Shown one piece after another: positions 1 through 22,439 of a DNA stretch of 64,000 bases (position 1 is the stretch's first letter; each line of letters opens with the position of its first letter). The position numbers and the translations under genes were made by a program. Below the pieces are notes generated by a model. The model worked only from the letters and a program-made list of their open reading frames with translations. It made no database searches and was not told the origin of the DNA. This stretch comes from Blastocystis sp. Blastoise (Eukaryota > Protista > Bigyra: Opalinata), in assembly GCA_039096225.1 (NCBI GenBank), contig JBBPEB010000003.1, positions 1,178,001-1,242,000 of the forward strand. Reading direction: 5' to 3'.

Positions 1-208
1 TGTTAATTATTTATATAATAAATAATAAAAGTAATAGTACAGGAAATTATTTGAAAAAATATAAATACCCATAATATAAAAAATGGAATAGTATATATAT
101 ATAGAGTACTAAAAAAATAAGAAATATATATAGAATCAGCGAATGTAAGAAAAGAATATTAATGTTTATAATAGACATACATATATAATATAGTTATGAT
201 TCAATAAT

Positions 209-5031
<4,823 letters not shown>

Positions 5032-5615
5032 GGATATTAGGTTGATAGTCAATAGTAAAATAAAAAATAATAATAATAACAAAAAAAAGACATTATTTAG
5101 GGGTCATAAATAAAATAAGTATTGCTTTTTCTCGGCTATTGCCAAGAAAAACATAGGGGAATTATAGTACATATTTCACAAAACAGCCCATTAAAATTGT
5201 CTTATGATTGTGTTGTTCTGGGAATTTATATCAATTGTGGGTAAATCTAAGAAATTCTCATAGAACTCGAAATTGGAAGGTATCTAAAAAAAGAAAAAAG
5301 ATATTCACAATAATTCGATATAAAAACTGACGATAATCTTTTTCTTTTTCAGATAGAATCTTTTTTAGCATATTGTTTTATCAGAATTGGTCTTATAGTT
5401 GTTTTCATTTAATTCTTTGATTTTACTTCTTTCTCTATACGAATACTCAATTGGTTTATCATTAAAAAAATAAAATGTGTGATTCATATAAATAAAAAAA
5501 AGTTTCATAGTTTCATAAATTAGAAAAAAAGAGACAAATGCAAACCAATAAATACTGAATGAAGCATTAACATATAATAGAGCAAATTTATTTGTAAAAA
5601 ATAGATTATTGTAAA

Positions 5616-6096
5616 TTAGAATAATTCCTCTAAAGCAGAAAATAGGTCTTCTTCTGTACTGATAATATCTGAATTTTGTGACATTATAGAAGTAGATATA
5701 GAACAATCTTGTTGATTATTTGTGGTATTAGGAGATAATACTGGAGAAATAAAAGTAGAAATAGTATTCTTAGTATCAATAGGAGATGAGGTTATAGATA
5801 TATTATTATTTATATTCATATCTTTCATAGATGAAGAAGTATTATTATTAATTTTGGTATCTTTCATAGATGAAGAAGTGATATTATTTATTTTCGTATC
5901 TTTTATAGATGATGAAATATTTGTATCATTATTCATATTAATATCTTTAATGGATTGTGGATTATTACTATTAGTATTAATATCTGTTGTAATATCAGAT
6001 ATAGTATTAGTTATAGGATAAATATCATTTTCTATATCATTTGAATTGTTATTAATTGAATTATTAATGTTACTAATATCTTTATTATTACTATTA

Positions 6097-6145
<49 letters not shown>

Positions 6146-7108
6146 TATTATTACCATTATTATTACCATTATTATTATCATTATTATTACCATTATTATT
6201 ATCATTATTATTACCATTATTACCATTATTATTACCATTACTATTACCATTATTATTACCATTATTATTACCATTATTATTACCATTATTATTACCAATA
6301 TTATTAATATTATCATTACCATTATTACCATTATTAGCTTCAATAGTATAATATGTATTAGAACGTATATAATTATTGATATTTTCTTTAGTAGAGGATA
6401 TAGAATTTAAATCATTTGGTAATTCAATAGAAGGGCATTGACTAGAAACAGAAAAACAAGGAGAATCATTGAAAGTAGAAATTTCGTTTTGCTGTTTATT
6501 ATGAATTCCATAATAATTATTGTAATGAGAATCAAGGCCTGAAGAATAAGAAGAATTTATTTCAGATAAAAACTCTTTTGAATGGATATATTTATTATAA
6601 TCTTCCTGAACACAAGCACATTCTGAATAATCCATATTTATTTGATCGGAAAACGAAAAAGAACTGATTTGTTTTTCAAGATTAGTTATATTCTATTTTA
6701 AACAATAGTGGCACAATTCATAAATAATATATTCATATATCTATATACGTATGTAAATGGAAAAAGACCAATATTTTCAACAGTATAATAACTAACATCA
6801 TTTTTTCTTTCATTATCTTTGTAAAGTGCTTTATTATTTAATACTATAAAACATATGCATATTGATATTATTAAATAAAAACAATAAATACACTCATCTG
6901 TAAATCTCACTTCATATGTATGGCCAGTTATTTCATCTTCATGTATTTCAAAATCATCATTGGATCTATTTTGTATGGGTATATGTATTTCATTAGATTT
7001 AGGTTTATCTGCCTTCTTTTGAGACCGAGCCTCAGCAATCTCTTTCTTAGAATTAGCAGAGAGTGTTCCTCTATGTTTTTCACGATATTCTAAACGACTT
7101 CTACCCAT
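5616..7108 (-). CDS. Hypothetical Asn-rich protein (3 exons)
   Basis: ORFs 6698-7108 and 5616-6635 join in frame via two short GT-AG introns (...TDE L LNNK...FTY|NITNLEKQISSFSFSDQINMDY...). No recognisable domain. Confidence 0.6.
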
Positions 7109-7820
7109 AGGAAAATGTACTCTTAATATAATAATTACTAAAATAAGATTTGAAAAATAATTTAAGAAATTATGTTAACTACCCTTAAGAGTTCTTTTTT
7201 ATTTTGAGAGAAATGTTTCCCTATACAAAATTATTTCTTGTCCGGAAAGATGTTGTGGCTAAAAAAAGAATCAAAGAAAAACTTCCTACCTGAAAAAGAA
7301 CTTTTGTTTTCTAAAAATATATAATGATGTTATAAATTACTGATATTTGATATTCATCTCTAATTTATACATTCAATCATATTTACTCAATTCTATTTAT
7401 TAAAGAAAAATATGATTTTCTTGGAAACATACGAAAAAAAAGTAAATTTTAAAAAACTCTGATTAACAAAAATTTTGTGATTTATATGCAAATTGGCTAT
7501 GCTTCTATATTCTACACATAGCTTGTATGTTAATCATACAGTTTGATTGTTTATTGAATCATAGTTTCAAGGTGAATTAGGGGGAAAAACATTAAACTGT
7601 CCCTAAATAGTCAGAATGGTTTTATTTCAAATCTCTTGATAATTCTAAAGCAAGTCCATACAAAAAGAAATGCATCAACTAAGATATGAAATTAAAAAAA
7701 ACGAGTGTAATGACAAAAGAAATTCAATTGCTTCAACCACTTCCAGGTTTATTTTATAATTTTTTTCATTAAAAAATAGCATAAATGGGGTTACACAATC
7801 ATATTTATCTTATGGTTGTC

Positions 7821-8217
7821 TGCGTCATTTTATCGAATAGCCAATCATAAACCAGAAGGAGTCAACAACCATTCTGAAGCAGTGTTCGCCATAGGCTACC
7901 CAGGGTAGGGACTCTACCCCAGAGGATTTTTGTCCTACGCCTTGAGCCGCCAAAAGTACCCTTAAAACTGGCTCTTTTGGGAATTTTGTACCCCAGCAGA
8001 GTCTTCGTGGCGAACCCTGTTCTGAAGAACAGCAAAAAAATTTCCAGAAATTATTTAAAATTTTTAACATTTGTGTTTTGATTGGTTTCTCCATATCTCG
8101 ACATAATGAGATTTGAGTTTTGGTACATAAAACTTGGGTCAGCCACATCGGAAACATGTCAATATTTGAGGGGACATTCCTGTGGCTATAAACTAGCCAA
8201 TGAAATCGCACATTTTT
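7821..8217 (+). ncRNA. Candidate structured non-coding RNA (multibranch plus pseudoknot; telomerase-RNA-like hypothesis)
   Basis: GC-enriched intergenic island with nested helices 7879-7897/8000-8020, 7903-7919, 7944-7948/7970-7974, 7975-7987/8037-8049 (crossing), 7839-7852/8075-8087 and 8141-8187. G-U wobbles mostly favour the + strand. Confidence 0.5.
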
Positions 8218-8986
8218 ATATATTCGATTATTAATTGGATACGGTTCTTCCCTATTCTTCTTACTCTCTATTTGACAAAATAGTGGGAAAGAGTGAGATA
8301 GATATGACAAACACATATAAATATCTCCTTTGATCAGTTATTCTTATATAAAAACCATATAGCTATTGCTTTTGAGAAGATTGAAAAGATAATTAGCATT
8401 TTTCTAAAACTGTCTGTTAACGTGTTTTCATCACGTATACTTATCCTCTAAGGTCTTTCGGTTTTTTTTATGTGTATAAAAACCAGTTTTTCACAAGATT
8501 ACAAGACACATTTTGTGGTGGCGGTGATGTGTAAAAAAGGCAGATATAGTAATAAAAAAGAAACAAATTGAATCATTGATATGATAGGAGTAAGAAGTTG
8601 AATAGTTTGAACATCATCAATATGGTAAGAAGAAAGATTCAAACAAAGTAAAAAAATAAAAAACAAGAATTCGTTATAATCCTCATGAAAAAGGAGATCT
8701 AAAGAGATGTCTCATTAATAATTTTAAATAACCGAGAATATTTGCATTTAAATGAATCAGGTTACTATCTCCAATCAAATCTATTTTAGAAAAAGAATTC
8801 CGATAGAAGCCTAAAGAATACTAATGATAAATCTATATTATTGGTTTATATTCATGAATGACGGTTTCATATTCTGACGAGATCTAGACCATACCTTTCT
8901 TGTCTTTTATTCTTTTTTTCTTGTCATTACAATAACACATTTTTTCTTTTTTAATACTTAGAAAATCTTATTTTATTTCATGTACA

Positions 8987-11674
8987 ATGGATACTGTTGA
9001 TACTAATTATCCTATATGTATGATAGTAGATGGTTACTATCGTGGCCAATTCGGTTCTCTCATTAATTGCGTCAATGGTGATGTTTGTCGTGTGATACTT
9101 GCAAATGGATCGATGATTAGACTCAAGAGAAGTCAGATCTACATAGTTAATGACAAGAACATTGCTAAAAAAATCAAGAGAACGAATATTTTAGCTAATC
9201 AATCAAGAAGTGTTCCTGTATCATCAAACAAAGTTTTTGCTAAAAATGATCGCATAACTGTTCCCTGTATTTCTCCTAGTGATGTTCCAAATAATACCTC
9301 CTGTAATAATCTTGTTCATATCAATTTAAAGACTCCATCTCCTGATACATTCACAAGTATTTTTAGCCATGAAACTGAACCTTGTTCAGATGATCTCTCT
9401 TCAAATAGTGAAGAATATATTATTCAACAACCATATCATAAAGTCAGTTCTAATTCTACTGAACTTCCAAGTCCTTTCCAACAAATAACTAGTCCTGTTC
9501 ATTCAGTGAAGCGTTCTATTAAAGATATATCCTATAAACCCAAAAGAAAAGAATTCACATGGCTCTCTGCTAATTACAATATCGATATTGAAGAGCCAAC
9601 TATTTTCACTGAAGATAGTCTTGCTATTGTAGGTAAAACTATCGTTGAAGAAGGTTGTTCTAATGCTAGTACAAGAATGTATCAGCAATTATGGGCTAAA
9701 GAAACTACAAAGAAAGAGTCTACTATAAAGAATATGATGCGTGATCATATGTTGTATAGAATGCAGAAGAAATATTATAATTTAGACTCTTACGAACAAT
9801 TAACAAAAGAAGGTCTTTATTATTCAAATGTTTTTGAACAAGCTCCTGAATCTTTTCTTAAAATAAATAATACAAATAACAAAAATAATACTCCTGCTGA
9901 ACAAGAAACACAACAAACCATCGAAGAATGGTGTCTAAATCATCCCAAACTCTGGGAACGAGTTGAACGTCTTTCCGTATGTTTTTTATTTTATTTATTT
10001 TATTTATTTATTTTATAGAAATTAAGTTATGTTAATTTATTCCATGAAAAGTATATATTAATATTTTTATAATTATTCTTATCATATATATCTATTATTA
10101 TTATTATTATTATTATTATTAGAATTGAAGATGAAAATGGATTTCTATATAAAAATAAAAAGCCAATAATATTAGCAAAATCTCTTTCTTCTTCTTCTAT
10201 TTCTACTCCTAGTCCCTTATCTGTTGATTCTAGTACTACTGTTTCTCTATCTTCATCACCTCTTGATAATTATACTGTTAATTATGATGTTAAAGAACAT
10301 AAAGTTAGATATGTTTTCAGTTCAAAAACACAATCTTATGCTGATTATCACATGTCTTTAACTCCATTAACGGATGACTCAGAATCTATTATTGGTAAGT
10401 TTTTTTATTTATTTATTTATTTTATTTATTTTATTTATTTTTATTTTAATATTATTATTATTATATATATATAGATTCCCCTGCTGTATCCCCTTCTCCT
10501 CATTTTGTTTCTACAAACGTTCAAAATTCCCATGAAAAAGACGAAAAAGAGCGCGAAGAACGTATTAATAAAATGAGAGATGTATATATATTTATATTTA
10601 TATATTTATATATTTTTTTATATCTAGTCTTTAATCAAAAACCATAAGAATGAATTAAGTATATTATTATTATGTTTATTATGTTAATTATTATTATATA
10701 TTATAGCATCCACTTTATTCTCATTAACCAAGGAAGCAAAACAAAGGTATATAAATATATATATATATATATTATTATTATTATTATTATATATAGTGTT
10801 CACATTCCTGAAGAATATCAATCGGTTCCTGGATTTTTAATATTAAAACGAAAACAATTAGAACCTGAAGTATATTTATAATTATTATATGTTTATTATA
10901 TATATTATATTTGATTATATATACATTTATTGTATGTTTATTTATTTAATTATTTAATTATATATACATTTATTATAAGTTTATTATATATATTATATTT
11001 AGGATCCCCGTGGTTTTGGTCTTCTTTTAGGTCCTGGTCTTCGTTATTATATACAAAAAGGATGTATATATATTGGAGAAATAAATAAACATATTCGTGA
11101 ACGATGCAATAAATATCTTTATCAACCTCAGTATATTATTATTTATTTATTTATTTATTTATTTATATTATTTAATTTATATATAGTTATAATACTACAT
11201 TTAACTTGGATGTTGACCTCGGTTGCGATTCCCACGGGAATATCGATACTATAAGTGTATGTATATTTTATGATCAAGGTTGGAAACTTAAACGAGTTCA
11301 AAATAAATATATATACTTAAGTGTCGACGATCAAATGATTACAAATCAAAATTCAGGTATATATTATTAGTATTACTATTATTTATTTTTTTTTTTAATA
11401 TTTTTATTATTTATTATTTATTTATTATTTATTTATTATTTATTTATTATTTATTTATTATTTATTATTATATTACAAAGATATTTTCATTTATTATTAT
11501 TATTCATTCTATTATTTAAATATATATATAGTAGTATCACTAAATTCTCGTAGTATAATTAAAATACATAATATTACCTTATGCTTTTTACAATCAAAAA
11601 TGCCTTTACCTGTTTTCAGTACAATTCCAGATGAGCTGAAAAATACTGAACACTCCGTTCTTATAGATGTATAA
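8987..11674 (+). CDS. Protein with N-terminal KOW-like motif and C-terminal divergent MCRS1-type FHA domain (multi-exon)
   Basis: All introns are GT-AG and in frame. N-term ICMIVDGYYRGQFGSLI; C-term GFGLLLGPGLRYYIQKGCIYIG...DVDLG...LSVDDQMI...LNSRSIIKIHNITLCF. Confidence 0.65.
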
Positions 11675-13047
11675 TATCGTCTATTGAATAAGCTGTTTTT
11701 TTTTATTATATATATGAATATGAACGAGGGGATTGTGTTTTTGTGTTCCCCTTGTCAATTCAAATGTTTGAGTCGTATAGAAACATTTGTGAGTTCTTTT
11801 CATTATTTTTGTTTTATATATATTATTTTTTACTATATACATGTTGTTTATTATTTATTGTTTACTTTTATATATTAGTTTTAATATATGTTTTTTTTTT
11901 TATATTTGTTTAACATATATATTGTTTATTTGTTTTATGTTTTTTATATGTTTGTTTTTAATGTTCATCATACATACATATATATATATATTTGTTTTCT
12001 TTATTTATACATATAATCTCTTTCTATTACTTATATTACTGTTGTTTATTTGTTATTATTTGTTCGCTTCTTTTCTATATTAGTCTGATTTATGTTTTCT
12101 TCTTCGTAGCTTAACTTATCTATCTATTCTATACTTTCATCTACCTATATATATATATTCATTCTATTTTATCTTCCTATTTTTTCACCTTTTTTTCTTT
12201 TTTTTATTATATTCTTAAATTATTTTGTTAATAACATTATTTGTTTGTAAATATGAAATGAAATTTTGTATCTTTTATATTCTTTATTAATATTATATAT
12301 AATATTATGTCTTATAAAATTATATTACAAATATATTTCATTGAATTATCAAACATATATATAAATATATTTCTCTATACTCTGTCATTTTATTGTTTAA
12401 TCCTATAAATACTATTTATAAACATATTATATATATTATAATATATATCTTTTTTAAATACTTCCTGCGATATTCTTTCATTCTTCCTCATTTTTTTAAC
12501 TTTATATTATATAACACTATAGAGTCTTAGTATTCACTTGTTTTTTTAATACTGTTCTCTCTATAGTACTAATAATTGTTTATATATATCATTTTTATCA
12601 TATTTCTATTAATATAACTATTTCTCTTATTCTACAAGAGCGACGGTATATATGTCTTTATATATTTCAAATAAAATTACATATAAGTCTTTGCTTCTTT
12701 CTTTCTTTTTACTATTTTGCTAATTATATATAATATATTCATTTTATTCATTTGTACCCTTTCATATATACTATACACTTGTTAGTATTCTTTCTTTCTT
12801 TTCAATTTCTTTTTTCTATATTATATTATTTCTAATTCATCAAGAAAATAATATATTCATTTATTAGTTTTGTTTATTAAAACATTATTATTATATAATT
12901 AGACTATATAAGAATTAGTAAAAAAACAAACAAACAACAATCAATACTATGAAATATAATAAACACTTTAAAACTGCACGCAAATAATTTTTTAAAAAAT
13001 GAAAAAATGGAAAAGTAAAAAAAGTATATTCTATTCTCTATATAAAT

Positions 13048-13690
13048 CTATGATTTAATTTTCTTTTTATCTTCTTCTTCATTAGCAACACGTTTTTCAG
13101 AAACTGGTATTGTTTGTATATCTACATATTTATCTTTAGGTAAACGGAAATAAAACAAAGATGATCCAATTCGAATAGAACTGCAAGATGATAATGCAAC
13201 TGTATTTCCTTTTAAAACACTTTTATCTAAATATATTTATTATTTATTGGTAAATACAAAGTAAAATATATGTAGAAATTTGTATAATAAAGAATATTAA
13301 TTAGTTTTATATACGATCTACTATAATAGATTGTCTTCCATTATTTGTAATTGTGTAGTAGCCCTAAGTAGATATATCATATTAGAAAATAATAATAAAA
13401 AAAAAATTAATAATCAATTCTAAAAGAAAATAGCCGATTTTGAACATGAAATATTCATTGATTCAAAGAAAATAACATATATATACATTTTCGTGATTGA
13501 AATCAATTACTGCATGTTGTCGAGAGATCTTTTGATCTTTAATGACTGGTGAAATATCAATAAATCCATCTGGATTTTGTTTTGAAGCTCTTCCAAGAAT
13601 TATAGGTAATTTATTAGCATAGGAACAGAAATCTGTGGATACAATTTGTGCATATGCAGGTTCGTCTGGATGATTTAATTGTTTAGACAT
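13048..13690 (-). CDS. Small FHA-domain protein (3 exons)
   Basis: AYAQIVS...IILGRAS...ISRQHAVIDFN|GYYTITNNGRQSIIVD|...LSSCSSIRIG, with the canonical FHA GR, SRxH and NG motifs; TAG stop. Confidence 0.85.
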
Positions 13691-14018
13691 GTTCTAATCA
13701 TAATATGGATTGGAAATGATATATACAATGAGTTATATATATAGAGATGATAAAGAAACAGATAAAACAAGGAAGAGGGAAAATAAAGACCACATTAGTT
13801 TCATTTTCTAGTTGATAAATAAAATAAAATTCTGAATCACAATTTGTTTTATTTGTTTATTTGTTTAATATCCAATAATATTCTAGAAGATAGGAATAAA
13901 GACTTATTGGAAAACCATGTTTTTTGGTTTTTTTGATTAAATACAAAAAAAAACAAAAAATCTAAAGAATTTTTTTATGTATTTTGCGTAGAGTTTTATA
14001 CTGGAATAATAAGTTGAT

Positions 14019-15738
<1,720 letters not shown>

Positions 15739-16051
15739 TCAAATTCTAAGTAGTTTTATCTTATTAAAATCTTTTTTCTTTTTCTTATTTGTATTTTGTA
15801 GTCATTGTAACTGTATTTGTTTTTATTTATTTTTTTTTAAATACTTTTGTTTTCTATATATACATATTATTCACTCTAATTCATCTTTGTTCCTTCTATT
15901 CCTTTCTTCATAAACTAAACAACATATATTTTTTATTTGTTTAATAAATCAAAAATAAATTATTTCCTTGAAAAAATGAAAACCAATCAGTCAAAAATCA
16001 AAAGCCATCAATTAATTCATTTATTCTTTTAAAGTCTTATTACGAAGTGAA

Positions 16052-17148
<1,097 letters not shown>

Positions 17149-17497
17149 AGAGACTTTCAATCAATTAATTCATGCTTTTTTTTATAGTATATGTATTGTT
17201 TTATTACATATACTGCATTTATCTATTTTTTTTAATGTTTATTATTTGTTTTTTTTTATCTATATCTATTTCCTAACTAACAATAGTCGCATTTGTTTCT
17301 TTATCTCATTTTGAATTTCCATACAAACATAAATCTCTCTCTAAATTATATTTAATGCCTAATTATAACACAGAGAAGTTTTTAAGAAATAAAATAATAT
17401 TTGAAAAAAAAGATTTCTGAAAAAATTTCATATTTTTCATTTTGCCATTTATCATCATCCTTATTATTTTGCTATAAATTTAATATTTATTCTTGGA

Positions 17498-20135
<2,638 letters not shown>

Positions 20136-20506
20136 TAGAATTATTTATACATAATTCTTTTCATATATATAATATATATTATGTATAATATAATATAATA
20201 ATATTTAATACAGTTTTTTATTACTATTTTTCATATAATCTTTTCTTTTCTCAAACATAGTTCATTTTATTCTTAAAACTTATTAAATAAGTATATAATT
20301 ATATAATCATACATATTTCTTTTTCTATATCTACCTAAATAATCGATATAATCAAATACCGTTTATATATAATCCTTGTTTTATCTTGAAGAATTGTTTT
20401 CATCACTATTTTTTTAGTCCTGTTTTTCTTGTTTGCAGTGTATAATATATTTTATTTGTAAAAATATAAATCATTATTGTTTTATATAAGTTTTGTTTTG
20501 AATAGA

Positions 20507-20538
<32 letters not shown>

Positions 20539-20669
20539 TGATAGAGTTGTGTCTATTAAATTAAAAAAATGAAAGTTTAATGTGAATTAAACAAATAATA
20601 AACAATAACACAGACATGATTAAATAATAAAGAAGAGAAAGTAAGAATACGAAATATAATAAAAATCTT

Positions 20670-20996
20670 TTATAGAGAATAAGGTTTTTGATACGGTTCA
20701 AATCCCTTCGAAGGATCATTCACAAAAGGAGTATAATTAGATGATATATTATTATTATAACTATTCATATTATTCATATTATTATTATAAGAATAAATAG
20801 GATTAGCATTTGGATACACAGGAGAAGCAACAGGAATTACATTCATTGTTGAGATGTTCATTTTCGGCTTTGGGATTGTCACTAATAAAATAGGACAAGA
20901 AGAAGAATTTTGATATTCAACACGACACTATATATATAGAAAAAAGATAGTATAGAAAATAGAATCAAAGCAATCAATATATAGATATAATATTTA

Positions 20997-21051
<55 letters not shown>

Positions 21052-21886
21052 TATATATATATATACATCTTGTGGATTGACAGTGAATTCAAGATGAATT
21101 GATGTATAATAATCAAAAGTATTTTATATAGTATTCAAATAGTAAAATTATATATATATATATATATGTAAATATACTATATATATATTATATATACTTG
21201 ATCTTGTTTCTTCTTATATATGAATATTTTATTGTTATTTGAGTTTTCTATAGTTGACCATTGTACTTGTATTTGAGAGGAAGGACACTGAGAAGGTAAG
21301 AAAACAGTATATTGATAGCAATCAGCTAATTCATGTTGTGCAATGCGAGATAATCCAATGACAGTTTGAATTTTTAAATCAATAAAATCACGAATTCTAT
21401 ATATTTTAATATAATATATATATATATATATAATGATGAAAATAAACTCAAACAAAAAATGTATATACTATAATTTATCTATTTATTTATAAAAAGAAAT
21501 ATATATATATACTGTAAGCAGATTCGTTTAATATCATCAGGAACAGAGAACTTCTTAAAATATGACAATACAAATAATCCTGTACCAAGAAGAGCTGTTG
21601 AATTAAAACTAAGAATTGTATAACCACAAGAAACTAAAGGAAGAAGGAAGAAGTTTTTCCATGCTTTATTACTTTTTACTACTTCGTTATCTTTCAAAGC
21701 ACGAAGTGTGATATATCCAAGAGCTGTAGGAATAAAACCGAAACTCTGATAGGAAGCAAATGCACTCCATATATTGATAGGAGGTAAGCTTGTCTCATCA
21801 TTGTTCTTTCCATTATGTTCTGCATGAGATTCTTTGTGTTGATCTTGAGGAGAAGGGAATATAACTTGAGGTTGTTGATTATTCAT
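20670..21886 (-). CDS. Membrane-associated protein with C-terminal alpha-crystallin/HSP20-like domain (4 exons; intron 2 ends non-canonically)
   Basis: Hydrophobic segments, then YQYTVFLPSQ...IQVQW...IHLEFTVNPQDCRVEY...ILLVTIPKP, an ACD-like pattern. Confidence 0.55.
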
Positions 21887-22439
21887 TAGAATTATTATTT
21901 AATTAAGAGCTTATTTAATTATTTTTAATTTAATAAAACAAAATTATAATATATTTGATGATTTTAAATAAGTATCAAACGCATAGTATAAAATGGAAGA
22001 TAAAAAGTATATTAGACTGTACTCAAAATGAAACGTTTTGATTGGTAGAACGACAAGTTTCCAGTCAAAAAGAAATAATTTTTCATAGAACAAGGACTCT
22101 AGCTAGTATTTTATATATTTCATAAGGTAATAATATTCAGTTCTCCAAACGACCTTGACTAGTAGATAGATGAGATGACAATCTATTAAGCCATTGAGCA
22201 AATGAACGCGAAACAATAGTTTAAATTTCACATCGTCTTTGAAGTATAGTTTAGTGTTTTTAGAATAGTATAATAACCTCTTTGTGAAAAAAAAATAATT
22301 GAAAAAAAATGTAAAATCTTCAAATTATTATAAACAAAGAACATACTTATAAGATAGTTAAGCAAATTATTGTAAATTTTTAAATATGAATAGAATAAAA
22401 TATTTTTTAAAAAGCGTTTTAATTATTGTTATTGAATAA

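Noticed and set aside
5125-5150. TTCTCGGCTATTGCCAAGA resembling the U2 snRNA 5' end
   Set aside because: No GTGTAGTA branch-pairing sequence follows.
7940-8005. TPP riboswitch, U12 or RNase P/MRP identity for the structured island
   Set aside because: Only partial words match. CUGAGA, GUAAGGAAA and a pairable CR-I/CR-V P4 are absent.
7825-8316. 163-aa minus-strand ORF
   Set aside because: No introns or recognisable motifs; better explained as chance openness over the GC-enriched structured island.
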